From Vicugna vicugna (lineage: Eukaryota), in contig MU058718.1 in the NCBI GenBank assembly GCA_013265495.1, positions 1,612,001 to 1,676,000 on the forward strand: a stretch of DNA of 64,000 nucleotides, in the 5' to 3' direction. Shown here piece by piece: positions 1 through 12,933 of this stretch. The translations under genes were made by a program, and so were the position numbers. The notes under the pieces are model-generated. The model was given only the letters and a program-made list of their open reading frames with translations, did not search any database and had not been told where the DNA came from. How positions within the stretch are numbered: the stretch's first letter is position 1; each line of letters opens with the position of its first letter.

Positions 1-1109
1 GAAAAAGAGGTGGTTAAGAATACTCTGCCTATTGAGTACTCAGTCAATTGACATGAAATATGCAGATGTCTTTCAGCCAGAAGACAGAGGGAAATGAGAG
101 GGAAGGCAGCCATGCTCTAACCATGGAAAGTTGGTGTTAGGTTGGCAGGAATGTGAGTGATAGAAGTCAATGTGTGGCCTATTTACTTATGTCCCACCTA
201 ATTTATAAAATGATTCAAGGCAGTTAGTTGTTTGGGGACAGCCCAAAGACATGGCGAAAGACAGTCTGAGAAAAAAAAAAAATCTTAGAAGAAAACCTGG
301 CGCTAGAAGGGAGACTTGGAAAGTGGGAGGAGACTTGAGACTCAGGGTAAAAGTAGGAGATGTAATGGGCACACCTGCTGTGTGGATGAGACATTCACGT
401 TCATGGGCCAGACCCTGGAGAGTGCTGGGGCGCTCAGAGCTTACCTGTCTGCCTCTCCCTTCTTTCTGATATGCTGATTGAACAGCCTCATGTCCGGCTG
501 GCTCGCGCTCGCAGCAGATATGTTAGTATCTTCCATTAGATCTCATCTAAGAAGCAGTGTGGATCATACTGGCTGGTGCATAATTGCTTAGGTTTGCATT
601 AAACCACCTCTCATGACTGACGATACCAGGCATTGATAGTCTACTAGCTGGCCTGTCCTGCTGTTCCCAACTAGTTCTGTGGCCTCTTAACTTTCCCAGT
701 GTGTACCGATTGAAAAATGGTCTTTCTGTGTATTCGGTGCTTGCTGGCTTGGCGGTGATAGCACAGATTCCTTTTTATTAGCAATAATATAAACTTGAAT
801 GGCAATTATACTACCTTTTTGAAGCTGGACACAGCCAAGTTCCAGGACGCTGAGATGTTCTAAGCAGCACTTCCAGAGGGAGCAAGCGTCTGTGTCCTGG
901 GTTCTGATGAAAATGGGCAAAAAGTGCAAGGTCTCAAGTACATGCATCCTTACCCACTGGGGTAGACCGACCCCAAGTTAAGCCTTTGCAATTTTTTTGG
1001 TCAAAGTTAGAAAATCAGTTTAACAGTGGAAATGGTAAAGTACTTTCCTAACTAAATATAAAACCACAAATCCTCATCATATCACTTTACACAAGGAATT
1101 ACTTGTAAG

Positions 1110-1207
1110 TAGCAAACATATCCTTGTCATATTTGAATTTCAGTACTCAGCAGCGGTGTTGCACACAGCACATGCTTAATAACCATTAAGTGAGTACATT
1201 AATGGAT
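1110..1207 (+). mobile_element. L2 3' end fragment
   Basis: Degenerate L2 tail: 'cagcggtgttgcacacagcacatgcttaataaccatt...aatgga'. Confidence 0.45.
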
Positions 1208-4200
1208 ACGCTTATTAGGTAAGGTGGCCATGAGGCTTTCTTCCACTAATGACTGTTGCTGATTGCTGATTATCACAGAACTTTGGAATCATAAAAGCAA
1301 AGGCTGATTCTATTCATGAAATTCTGCGCTAGTGAGCATTAATTATTCTTTTTTTCTGATTTCCCTTCCAGTCATCCAGAAAGCTGCAAGATTCCTTGAT
1401 CTCAGTTTTTATGGCAACTAAGATACATAAATTCCCCAGGTGCAAAATCAATAGTCTTCAGTCCACCATTCAATATTGGAAGTTTCACTCTGGTAAGTCC
1501 CTCCTAAGTCACATTGATGATGCCTGAGTTTTATGAGCAGTGAAATCTATTAATTATCCTTTCTATTTCTCTTTGGCATTTTATTATAAGTGAGAGAAGG
1601 GAGAGCTAATCCTTTTATAAGTAGGTAGCAGAGACATAACACACCCATAACCAAACCTCTCTCTTTCTCTTCCCACCCACCTTTTCTTCTTTCACAAGAG
1701 TTTAAGACCAAAAATCCAGATTAAAGTCAGGCTCTTAATGTTAAATGCATTTTTACAGAGGCAAGTGTCTGTGAAAGACATTTTATAGGAACAAGTGATC
1801 AATTGCATTTTTAAGAGCAACTCCTACACATGCTACTGGGTAAGTTGCCAAAGGGTTCATTGTATTTCCCACACTAGGACCGATGGCTCAGGAAGTGAGC
1901 TAAATATTTCAGATGCCTGGGTTTCACAGCTTAGAAGCTTAATTTTTTTAAACTTGTGTGAGATAAAGCAATAGCAGTTTCAGAATAATGACTGTTATTC
2001 AGAATCTCTTTCCTGATGTCATGAGACTATATTTTTAATCCTTCCACTCAAAAGTCAATCATTCATCTAATTAGGTAGGAAATAAGTATTTTCCAAATCA
2101 TCACTGAGCAACAGATTCGTACTGTTAGCCATATCATCAGTGCTTTTTCCATTGTGAACTAGAAGTTACAGTCTTTGTAATGTTTAAGCTGCAGGCATTA
2201 GAGAGGCCTCCTGGAGCAGTGCACCAGCCTTGGTGAAACCAGCCTAGTATCTCCTTTGTTTTGGAGCCAATGGCGGCAAATTGTCAGTGGTTGATGTAAA
2301 CCCTTTCCTAACCACTGGTTTTACAGGTTGACAAGTGGCAATATTAACAGTAACTAATCAGTGCCAGCCAGCTACAGACACCCCACCTCTTCGTGTGTTC
2401 AATTGCTCTCAGTAGAAAATGAATAATAGTATTTACTTATACATGGGACACACTTAACCATCTTGCTGAAGAAACAAGCTTCTCTTGCAAATCAGTTTTG
2501 AAACTACATACTGTATAATCAAGTGCTGAATGAAGTGAGCGCTCTCTGGTGTGGTGGATATAGCGTTAGCCAGCATGGGTGCTACTGTATATCTGAAGAA
2601 TCACAGTAAAGAGGGGAAAAGCCCAATGCTGGTGCATAGACATGGTTAGTTACCATGGAGTGATAAGCTGCATCTCAGTACATTTCTGTTCTTAAAGCAA
2701 ATGGAGGAGCTATGGGAGTCAGACAAGGAAGCATATCCCTCTCCAATACCAGTGTAAGTCAGTGGTTCAGAGGAACTGGGCTTTGCTGCCTCCAGGAAAA
2801 GACTTAGTTTTCCATTGAGAGAGTAAATTAGCCACCATTTTTATTGTATGCAAATCACACTACAGCTCACAGTCAGAGATGAGGAGGGGAAAGCACTTTG
2901 CACATGAGATAAATAAGCAAAACCAAAACTAAAGGCAAAAAAAGCTTACTATGTCTACGTTGAGTCCCCCGAATGGGGAAACTCTGAGCCCTTCTAAGTT
3001 ACTGTCTCCCTAACCAAAACAGCTTTTTCTCTGATGTTTTTGCAATGGATACAATGTAACAATAAACTGGGAAAACTTTTTCTTTCCACCACGTGCAAAC
3101 TCTTAACCTTGACAACTTTGAGAATTTTAATCCCTTAAATAGCTATATAGCCTTTGAGAAGCCAGTCCGATGCAATTCCAGTCTTCCTTTACAGGTAAAC
3201 TAATTGTCTTTTCTTAAAACTTTTTGTCCTTGACTATTCTATTTTCTGTCACACTCCTAAGGCCCAGTAACATCTAAAGATTTTTTTAAAAAGACTTACC
3301 AAACAAACGTGGCATCCTTCAAATGCTCCATGTTCAGGGAAGACAATTTGCTTCAAACTGGTAGATGAGAGACTGTTCCAAGCAAACAGGACTCAGTGGA
3401 ATGGAGGGATAAGCATTACTCAGTCAAAAGCCTGTCTTCAGGAAAGAACATCCTGAGGAGAGGTCTCAGACGGGTCCTGTCCAGGAAGCTGAAGCAAATG
3501 AAGAGGAGGTTGACGTGGTGGGAATTTTCCTGAGCCTTTATTTTTTACTTACCTTTCTAACACACACAAGCGGATCCATCTCTGGAGAGACGTAAAACAG
3601 GCACGTCCAAGAACTACATCTAATGAAGTCTGTTACCCAAGTTAGTCCCAACCTGGAACTTCAAGAATTCAGTTTCAAATCCAAAGTACTTGAGAACAAT
3701 CAGGACAAAGTACTACTTGACTTAAGGAGGTCAGGAGATTAATTTTTCTTCATTTCCAGGACCAGAAATTGCTGAATCAGTCCAAATGCTAAGAACTTTC
3801 AGAGAGCAGGAACTCCTTTTAGGGCCTGGGAAGGAAGATGGCATCTTTCTCCTAAAGCGTGGGCATACACTGTCTGGGAAAACACACTTTTGTCATATGG
3901 TGGGAGAGTCAGTCATCCATCAGATGCATCAATATCATGAAAATAAATTCAACGTACACTTAGTAATGAAGATCAGAGGTTTTCTCTTACTCTATTTTAA
4001 AATAAGTCTGTTGTGAAACTAGTTTAAAGTTGTAGCTTATATTTTTAAAAAAAAATGCAGCTGTAACACCAGCACGCCCTGTTGGCCATTCCATTTTTAA
4101 TCAAGACTTGTAATCATCCCATTGAACCGAAAACAACCTCCTTTATATCTTTGATTGCTGGAAACCAAATGATTAGCTGAATTTTTAAAATAAGTAAAAA

Positions 4201-4671
4201 AGGGAACATAAGAAAGAGGGCTGCTCTTAAAGGCCAAATGGTTAATATTCCGGTACTATTCATGCATTTCCTCACATCTCTCCGGTAGTTATTCCCTCCT
4301 CTATTTATACACTATTAATCTCCTTTAATGAACTTCATCTTTCGATTCAGTGACTCCTTGACTTCTCCCAACTCCATCTCATCTCACCCAACACGTAATT
4401 AGCCTAATGAAGAGCAAAATAGGATTTAGCAAATGCCTACTTTTTTCGTTTACTAAACTTTACAGTATTTTTTGTTTGTTGTGTATTTATGTACCTATTA
4501 CCTTAGAAATCAAGGATCAAAAGAGTATTTCCACGTTACTACCACATACCTGAAAACGCAGTCTACACTTGCTAAAAAATCAAGGTATGTTTGTTAAGGT
4601 TTTACTTTCTGTGAAGTAGCCCCAAAAGACCAGAACTCAATGGTCAGAGGAACACATAGTGTTTCATGATC

Positions 4672-4838
4672 TTTTTTTTTTATTGAAGTATAGTCAGTTT
4701 ACAATGTTGTGTCAATTTCTGGTGTACAGCACAATTTTTCAGTCATACATGAATATACATATATTCAATATATTCATTTTCATATTCTTTTTCACTGTGA
4801 GCTACTACAAGATCTTGTATATATTTCCCTGTGCTATA
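4672..4838 (-). mobile_element. Young L1 3' UTR, 5'-truncated (camelid/cetartiodactyl type)
   Basis: Poly-T followed by 'attgaagtatagtcagtttacaatgttgtgtcaatttctggtgtacagca...ccctgtgctata'; TSD CATGATC at 4665-4671 and 4839-4845. Confidence 0.9.
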
Positions 4839-5639
4839 CATGATCATTTTTAATTCAAATTAATACTATTTAGTTTGAGAGATTGTAATGCATTTTGAAG
4901 GGGTGAACAGATTCAATACAGAAAAATAACAAGGACTAAGAAATTACAGAGTAAACTGTAAAGAACAAAGCAACAATAATAGTCATAAACTCTAAACCAC
5001 TATAATGATAGGTTGTACTTTGATTACCCTTAATACTTTTAAAAGATCTTTCACCTACATCATCCCATTTGATTGAAAATGGTCAGTAATTTTTCTCCCA
5101 CACTGAAGGTAACTTACAAAAAACATTGTGTTCAAGGATGGATCCATTAGATTTCCTAAATACCTTAATGGGGATAAATGAAATAACCAAGCTAAACATA
5201 ATGGAAAACTTCCCAACTAGGAAAGTTGTCTGATGCTAATAGAGGCACCCAAAATTTTAGATTTTGTTTCCTAAAGACATTTAAGAATATGCTATGTCCC
5301 TAACTTTCTCAGGTGGTTTAGATGTAACCCTATCTACAGAAAGAGGAACATATGGGTTAACTACAATGGCAAGCAGGTAGCTCATTAGTATTCCATTTCT
5401 TAATGTATAGTTGCAGCTCCCTCGCCACCCTGAGGACATTCATTTTACTCTGAAGAGAACCACGCTGCTCTGAACTAATGGTCCCATGCAGTGGTTGGCA
5501 TGAGAATCAGTATTGCTCACCATGGTTTCTCCATCACAGCACTAGCTTTCTTTGCTCTCGGGATGGTGCATGTATGTCCTGTCCTCTTCTCTTACCCTGT
5601 TTTTCTCCCTGTAACTTAAATTCATTATAATTTTATCTC

Positions 5640-5985
5640 TTGGGGACCTGTAGAACCCTCTAATTCCTCCTGTGCAAGATAGCTTTAATGTTTTTTAATT
5701 CCCTCTCATTCAAGCTAAACACTTCCTGGTTGTCCAGTAACCTCAGCATCTTGATTTATCAACTGTCAACACACTTTACTTTGTCTGTATTCCTCTGAAA
5801 GTGTGGTGTTCAGTATCACTCATAATGTTCTGAGTACAGTTTGACCACAGCAAACTAGAGTAGGGTTGCCATTTTCCCCAGACGAGGCACACATGCTCAC
5901 CAATTCAGTCTAAAAAGACATTCACTTTGTTGGCAGCAGTGCCACGCTATTGATATACATGGTGTAACTAAAACTCCTAACCTTC
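5640..5985 (-). mobile_element. L3/CR1 LINE fragment
   Basis: 'aagtgtggtgttcag...ttgttggcagcagtgccacgctattga...aactaaaactcct' resembles the antisense L3 ORF2 3' region. Confidence 0.6.
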
Positions 5986-6639
5986 TAAATTATATACGCT
6001 AAGGATCCAGTGCTGTACTCTTTGAAAGAACCCAGAAATTGACTTCATAAGTGCCAGTCTCCATTTATGTCCTTATTTTCGTCTAATCAAATCTGCTAGA
6101 CTTCAGGCATCAACATTAAAAAGTAGTATCATTAAATACCTTGTTGGCATTTCATATTTTTGGTGTTATTTAATTAGTATTTTTACAACAATCATCTTTC
6201 TGGTATTTGTTTATGGTAATACACAGCTTTTTAAGCTATATTTTGACTTAAATAGATCGGGATAAACCTAATCACATCCGAGCACGTCATACATTTAGGA
6301 AACAGATCCCAACCTCCAAAAAATAAACCCAAAATGATTTCTGGAAGCATAACCATATTTTCAATAGATGATTTACTATGGACTTAAGCTGACTGGAGCA
6401 TTTTTACTTTCATTTAACATTTGTGTTTTAATTAGAATCACAGCATCGCCTCAGTCCTAACTTTGTTTCCTTGCCTTCACTCTCTGTCCAAAACTATTTA
6501 GTTTTAGCCTTATCCAACATCTGTGTTTACGTAACCATAAACTATTTGTAGATAAGCACAGGTTTACAAGTAACGTTTCAGGCCTCCTTTCCCAGCTTGG
6601 GGACTCGTGGGTAGGCTGTGCAACTCAGGTGCGTCTTTA

Positions 6640-6790
6640 GAGTACATCTAGCTGAAGTCCACAAGTTCGTTGCTACGTCTGTAAATCATGTCTCTCAAAT
6701 CCATCTACTTCTTTCCAACCCCATTGCCATTACCTCTCTCTAGCTGTTGGATATCTCATCCAAAACCTTTTTTGGTATTTGATCATGCTG
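6640..6790 (+). mobile_element. L2 fragment
   Basis: 'tctctcaaatccatctacttctttccaaccccattgccattacc' resembles L2. Confidence 0.45.
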
Positions 6791-7386
6791 ACCCCTTGGT
6801 TGTGCCTGTCAGCGATTTTTCAGCCATCCCTAACTTCACTCTGACTTTTCATGTGTAACATACTAAATTAAACTAATCAACAGAGAATTTTCTGTACCCT
6901 GATTTTCCTTGTCTAAGCTGAAATTTGGTCCTCTTTTGTGTCCTCAGATAAAAAGAACTTTATAAATGACCCTGGCATCTACCCTTGTCAAGGTTCTATT
7001 TGGTGGGGATACTGTAGAAATCATACTTACTTTTCCCAGCCTGTGTCCCTTCCACATTTAATATCTAAGTGTTTCAGCCAAACTGATTCAAACTGATAAT
7101 GATCAATACACTCCAGTATGAAAAAAGGAAAGTCACTGATCCCTGGCTTGACTGTCTTCAATCAAATCTCTGAAAATAAAAGCCTAAATCTTAACAATAT
7201 GTTTGGCATACTGTGTGGCCCCTCAGGGTCCATCTTTGTGGTTTCAATTACCAATCTGGTACCTATGAAATGCCTTGACAGCTGGTGCAAAGGTAGTATT
7301 TGTTTATTGGGGTCAAAATGTCAACTTGAAGCTGGGAACAAGAGAATACTGCCAACTGCATGCTAAACAGTTCCATTCTCAAGACC

Positions 7387-7956
7387 TGTTAGGTCTACCT
7401 CTTTGTGATCAAAACGTAGCAGGGTGGTCATCACCTCTCTTCTCTCAAGATGGAGGGATGATCAAAAGATGGGAGACTGAAACCCTGGGTGATCATTAGT
7501 CAAATCCATATCACCTGCCTTCACTAATCAAGGCCCTTGTGTGTCCTCCAAGCAGCACGTCGCCTAAACAATAAGATGCTTGTGGGAGTTGTTTTCCAGG
7601 AACGTGGAGTCAGCTGTGACTAGTCGGAGCTGAGCCAGTTAAGACTGGCTGGGACCACCGACCCTCCAGCTGGGCATGCGCGATGTCCATGACACGTCCT
7701 TTAGAACATGCAGAGGTTAGCTACACCTGGGCAGGTTGTCAATTACTGCACCTTTTTCCAGTCACTCCCCATGCCTCAGACCGCCCTGTTGCTTCATTCT
7801 TATCCTATAAATACTCCCAACCCCTTCCTGGGAGGAGGTGGATATGAGATTTGTTCCTCGTCTCCTCACTTGGCTGCTTTGCAAATATACTCTCTCTTAG
7901 CTTCAAATCTCAGTGTCTCGCTGCTTGTGGGGCAAAAGGAACCTGGTTCCATAACA
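7387..7956 (+). mobile_element. ERV solo LTR (family uncertain)
   Basis: TGTTA...TAACA ends; TATAAATA at 7806-7813; degenerate poly(A) signal (caaatatac) followed by a U5-like end 'ctcagtgtctc...ggcaaaaggaacctggttccataaca'. No clear TSD. Confidence 0.75.
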
Positions 7957-7964
7957 CTACTATA

Positions 7965-8465
7965 TATCACAAACTTCTGGGTGCTGGGGCTAAATCAAGA
8001 AACAAAGCAGGCTAAAACCTATGGCCTTGAAGAGCTTATGTTCAATAAACAAGTCCGATACCTAGGAAGTCTAATAAGTGGCAATAAGTGTTACTGAAGA
8101 AAATTAAGGCAGAGAAAGGGGGTCTGGAAAGATGTTGCAGGCAGGGTGGGAAAGGGAAAGGGCTGCGGTTGTCAGTAGGGTGTTGTGAGAAAGCCTGGCT
8201 AAGAAGGTGGCGTTTGAGCAAAGCCCTGGGGGAGGTGAGGGAGTGAGCCAGGAGAAGGTGGCGCTGAGTACTAACACCCTGGTGGGTTTGAGGGGTGGAT
8301 GACAAAGCCTACAGGGGCTAGAGTGGAAGGAGAGGCCAGAGAAGGGGCAGGGAGCCAGCTAGGGGAGGCCTGTAGGTTTCTGCTCCTAGTGACGTGGGAC
8401 GCCACTCAAAGGCTTCCCACAGCTGTGTACAGGTCTGACTGCATCTCAGAAGGTAGTCCAGGGCT
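7965..8465 (-). mobile_element. L2 (L2a-like) 3' region
   Basis: 'gtgctggggctaaatcaagaaacaaagcagg...gagaaagcctggctaagaaggtggcgtttgagcaaagccctgg' resembles antisense L2. Confidence 0.75.
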
Positions 8466-11400
8466 GTCCGTGTGCTTTCCTCACCTGCTCCTGCCTCACA
8501 CCATGGCTGCGTTTTCTCTACAGCCCGAGCCCCCTCTCCCTCTCTCTCACCTTCACTTCCTGCCTCAGCTCCTTAGCTGCCTGTGTCTGAAAGAAACAGG
8601 GTAAAGCAGATGAGTATGCAGGAAACTCTTGCGGGAGGCCTTTTGAATTATCTAGGATCCCTGTATATAGAGTTCTGGTCTCCTTTTTGGAGAAGTCTGT
8701 TTCCACACCCTTCTTTCAAATTTGAGTCCAACTGCATTCTTCTGAGCTTTAAACTCTGTGCATCAAACTGAAAAAGAAAAGCTACGAAATCTTTCCTTTG
8801 GCAAACTTACATTTTTACGTTTGTGAGATAAGAGATATCCTAATCCAATTGTCACAGTTTCTAAAAATGTTTAAATATTTTAAAATATTTAGTGCTATTA
8901 ACAAATCATGCTGACAGATACAACCCAAAATGTAACTTACTTGTAAATAGAGACATATGGACTATTTCAGTGGGAAAAGGTGTGGACCAACTATGTTTTA
9001 GCCACATTTTGAAATCTTCATTCTAAAGTGTGAAACTAGAAGTGAGAAGTCACCAAAAATGGTTCAGTGTGACTCTTAATGTGATCAGCTCCTGAACAAA
9101 AAAGATCGTCAGTGTTCAAGTTACTATCTTCCACGGGTATAATTTGAGCATTCTGGGTGGGAAAGAAAGAGGGAACAGAATGTGGAAAAACAAGAGTATT
9201 TGATGTCATATAACCTGGTCAAAATGTTAGCCTGTAAGGAAGGCTACAAAGCCCTACATCGTACTTGAGGGGAGAAAATTTCCCCTTCTCCCTCCAGAAG
9301 AACATGGTATTTAGTGTTAGTTTAAAAAGGCACGCTCTCCCTTTCAACATAACATTGGAGGCCCCACTCTTGCCAAAAAGGTAAGATAATGTGCTCTGTA
9401 CGTAAGAAGTCAAGTACCCTCTGCCTTTTGAAACTGCCTGACGGGAATTAACGGCTTTTGCCATCCTCTTTTAAACAACTTTGGCCGGGTTTTCTATAAG
9501 CACCTCGTTTATCTCGAGACTCTTTCATCTATTATCTGACTGTAAGCGTGTTCGTAGTTCATCAGCTGAATTCACTTTGACAGAGAAGTCTTATGACGAG
9601 TAGCCAACAGCCTAATGTCAGGTCTGTGAATATCTCTGGAATTAAGGTGATGGGAAAAGGGTAACCTTCTGCTACTCCTAACGGCATTTGCTGAACAACA
9701 AAAATAGAGCCTTAAATCATCCTCCATTTGCCAAAGTGGGTCTGCTTTGCTAATATTAGAACACAGTGCAGCTGGCTTCCGGCTGAGATCAGACTCACCA
9801 TGTGGGGCCACCTCTGCATTCATACCTGTATGTGGTTATCGATATGAATCATGACATTTCCAGTTGTGTAGAATGTTAGCATCCAAATGGCTCTTGACCT
9901 CTAACAAGTCCATTCCTTGGTATTTCTGACAATAACAAGAAAGAAAAAAATCATCCTGTAGCTTTATAGCTTAGCCACCTGGGCCCCAGAGGTTTATAAT
10001 TATTGCTCCTCTTTTCCCTGAAGAGCTAGAAATGGGTTTTGTGATTGAAAACAAAAATACCTGTGCTGCAAACATAAAACTCTTTTTTCTAAACATCTCC
10101 AGCTTGGTTTACGATAATCTGAACATGCATGCTGCTTGAACCAAAGACTTCTGTTTACAATAACTTATAAGAATGATATTTCAAAACAAGTTTAAGGCTG
10201 GCTGTACGCATTCATAAATATTTTGAGTAACTGAAGTAGACTTTGGAGGAAACTTGCCACCACAGAATTCAATGTTTACAAGTGGTGCGGACAGAACAGG
10301 AGCTTTTTGAAAGAAGCATTTTTACTAAATTGGCATGGGTGTGCCTGTAGTTTGAAATCCATCATGAACCAACCAGCATGGCCCATATCTGCCCAGCCGA
10401 TGAGTAAATCAACTTGTGGGAATGTGTTTAGCTTTTCTAATCACCTGATGACTATTCAGAAACATGAAAAACAGAACTTTTCAGTCCCCGAGGTAACAGT
10501 GTGCTATAAACAATGGCTTTCAATTGCTCAACACTTAGTCAACACTTCTGCTCCAGTCCTGAGAAATGTGACTTCCATTAAGATGGAAGGAACCAGTGTG
10601 GACATACCCCAATTCACGTTAATAAAAGAGCAGTTGGTATTTTACGGATAAGTTGGTTTCGATCTTCAAAGTCCTCTGGGCGGACGGATAGCCAGGTGCT
10701 ATAGGAGTTGGGATGAACTGAGTGTATATTACAGCCTCCCCACACTTAATGTGCTTCCATTACGCCACTTGTCAGTCACTTGAAAAAGAATGTACTCGAA
10801 TTTCCACGGATAGAAACAACAAAGATAAAGGCCACCCTTTGTTTAACTATCATGCCTGTGTTCTTGAGAAATCGTGAGGATAATATACAAAAGCAGGTGC
10901 TTATCTTTTGCACAGAGCCGATGAAATATTTGTTGCTAGATGTCCTTCAGGGTAAGAATTTCTTGACATTATGTTTTCCCCTTAGGAGTTAAGCGTGAAA
11001 AGCAAGAATTACTATAAACATATTAACAACAGTAATGATTCTTTAGACATACCCTAGCAGAAATAAAATAGCTCCTTGAAATGTTGTGATTAGCAGACTT
11101 GCACTTCAGGAATTGTTGCTATTTTTAGTCTTTGAAACAAAAGAGGAATCTGCCTGACTCTAGTATAATTTTAAAATAAGAACCCCTGCAGCCCGCTACC
11201 CTCGCCCCCACCACCACACACAGATACAGAGACTTCTCCAAACTACCAGAATGAGTTTGCTTCTAGTGGATTACTTTGTTTTTGGCAATTACCCAGTAAA
11301 AAGACTTGGTTGTCATTTGGAGATTTGGAACTGGCTCGGGTGTAGATGCAGGCAAAACATTCTAAAAAACTATTATTGACACATTGCTACTTGATCATTA

Positions 11401-12725
11401 GCTTTCAATGGCTGCAAGCATCCTTGCATACTTAGAAAAGTGTGGAGACGCTCCCCAGCTCAAATCAAACTGTTTCCTATGTCAAATTCATTACCTTCAC
11501 ATAACTCCTATGCGTTTGTTCTGCAATAAAGAGAAAAAATTTTCTTCTACCAGACAGTCCTTCAGACATTTGGGAAAACACTGTGTCTGCTTAATATTCT
11601 TTCCTTCAACTTAATTCCTTACACCTCTCTTTAGATGACTGTTTTTCCAGATCCCTTGTCATCCTGGGCTAGACCCACTGTTACTGCCCCACTTAAGATG
11701 TATATATAACACTCGAGTTGAATATTATAATTTTACTTTTCCACTTTTTCAAATTTTTCCATGCCTACCCAAAGAAACAGGATATCCACTCCCTAAACTG
11801 GTAATAAAGATGTTTGATGAATTGGCAATAGCATCAATGTATTTATTAAGAATTTAAGCTAATGTAAGAAATTTCCTTTTCCTATACTTTTGTCTTCAGC
11901 GTGGTTTGTCATTTGCTTTAATAAATATTTGATGATTGGATAACTTCAGTCAGTTATGAATAATTGTGGTTAAGAACCCAAATCTTGGCTTCTTGGACAT
12001 GATATGACTTAGGCAAAAAACCAAGAGAGCTCACTTTACAGAGGCATTGTATCTTTAGCTCCCTGATATTGTCCAAAAAAAAAAAAAAAAACAAACCCTG
12101 TAGCTACTGTCAGACAAGAGTTAAGAGTCTTTAAACATACTTTGCAGGAAACAGTCACTCCACTTTCATTCCCCCATCTCTTAAGCCAGTGACCTCCCTT
12201 GATCTCCAAGATGACAGTTTGCCAAGTTCCATGAAGACGCCATTCACAAATGACCCCATTAGATTTCCTAAAGACCTTAATTGCCCAATTCCTTTCACCC
12301 AGGTTTCTGAGGTTCAAGGAATGCTCTCCTTCAGTTACTCTCCTGCAAAGGTTCTAGCTATTGTTACCTTAATCCCTTCTGAGTCCCTGAGAATGCAAAG
12401 AACTGAAGCGGACTTTGATTCTCCTGCTGAATTACAAGATACTTTACATACTTCTGTCACAAAGTCATTCCCCTGTGTTTACTGTTCAACAGTGACATTC
12501 ACTTTCATGTCTAAACATAGAAGGGAAGCACCATGGCAATAAATATAATCTTAAAGATTAAAAAGCTGATCCCCTTCAAAGGGCCATGTTAAAATACCTA
12601 AGAAAATTAATCACTTCCTGCAGTCGTAACCCCATAGTTCAGTCTTATCTGGACAAACACTGTAGGCTGAGAGCCATGTATCCACTCCACATCTATGTTG
12701 GAAAATATTATCTGGGCTTTTTCTT

Positions 12726-12933
12726 TTTTTAATTTAATTTTTTGGAGGGTAGTTGATTTACAATGTTAGTTGCAGGTGTACAGCAAAGCAGTTCTGTTAT
12801 ACATATACATACATATATTTTTTCATATTCTTTTCCATTGTACATTACTACAAGAAATTGAGTATAGTTCCCTGTGCTATACAGTAAGTCCTTGTTGTTT
12901 ATCTATTTTATATATAGTAATGTGTATCTGTTA
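12726..12933 (-). mobile_element. L1 3' UTR, 5'-truncated
   Basis: L1 3' UTR motifs 'gatttacaatgttag...ttccctgtgctatacagtaagtccttgttgtttatc'; 19-bp TSD ATTATCTGGG(C/A)TTTTTCTT at 12707-12725 and 12934-12952. Confidence 0.9.

Noticed and set aside
8460..8478. REST/RE1-like 'gggctgtccgtgtgctt'
   Set aside because: The spacing is one base short and the left half-site is incomplete; it lies at an L2 edge.
8872..8891. 20-bp perfect palindrome taaatattttaaaatattta
   Set aside because: It is pure A/T low complexity and plausible by chance.
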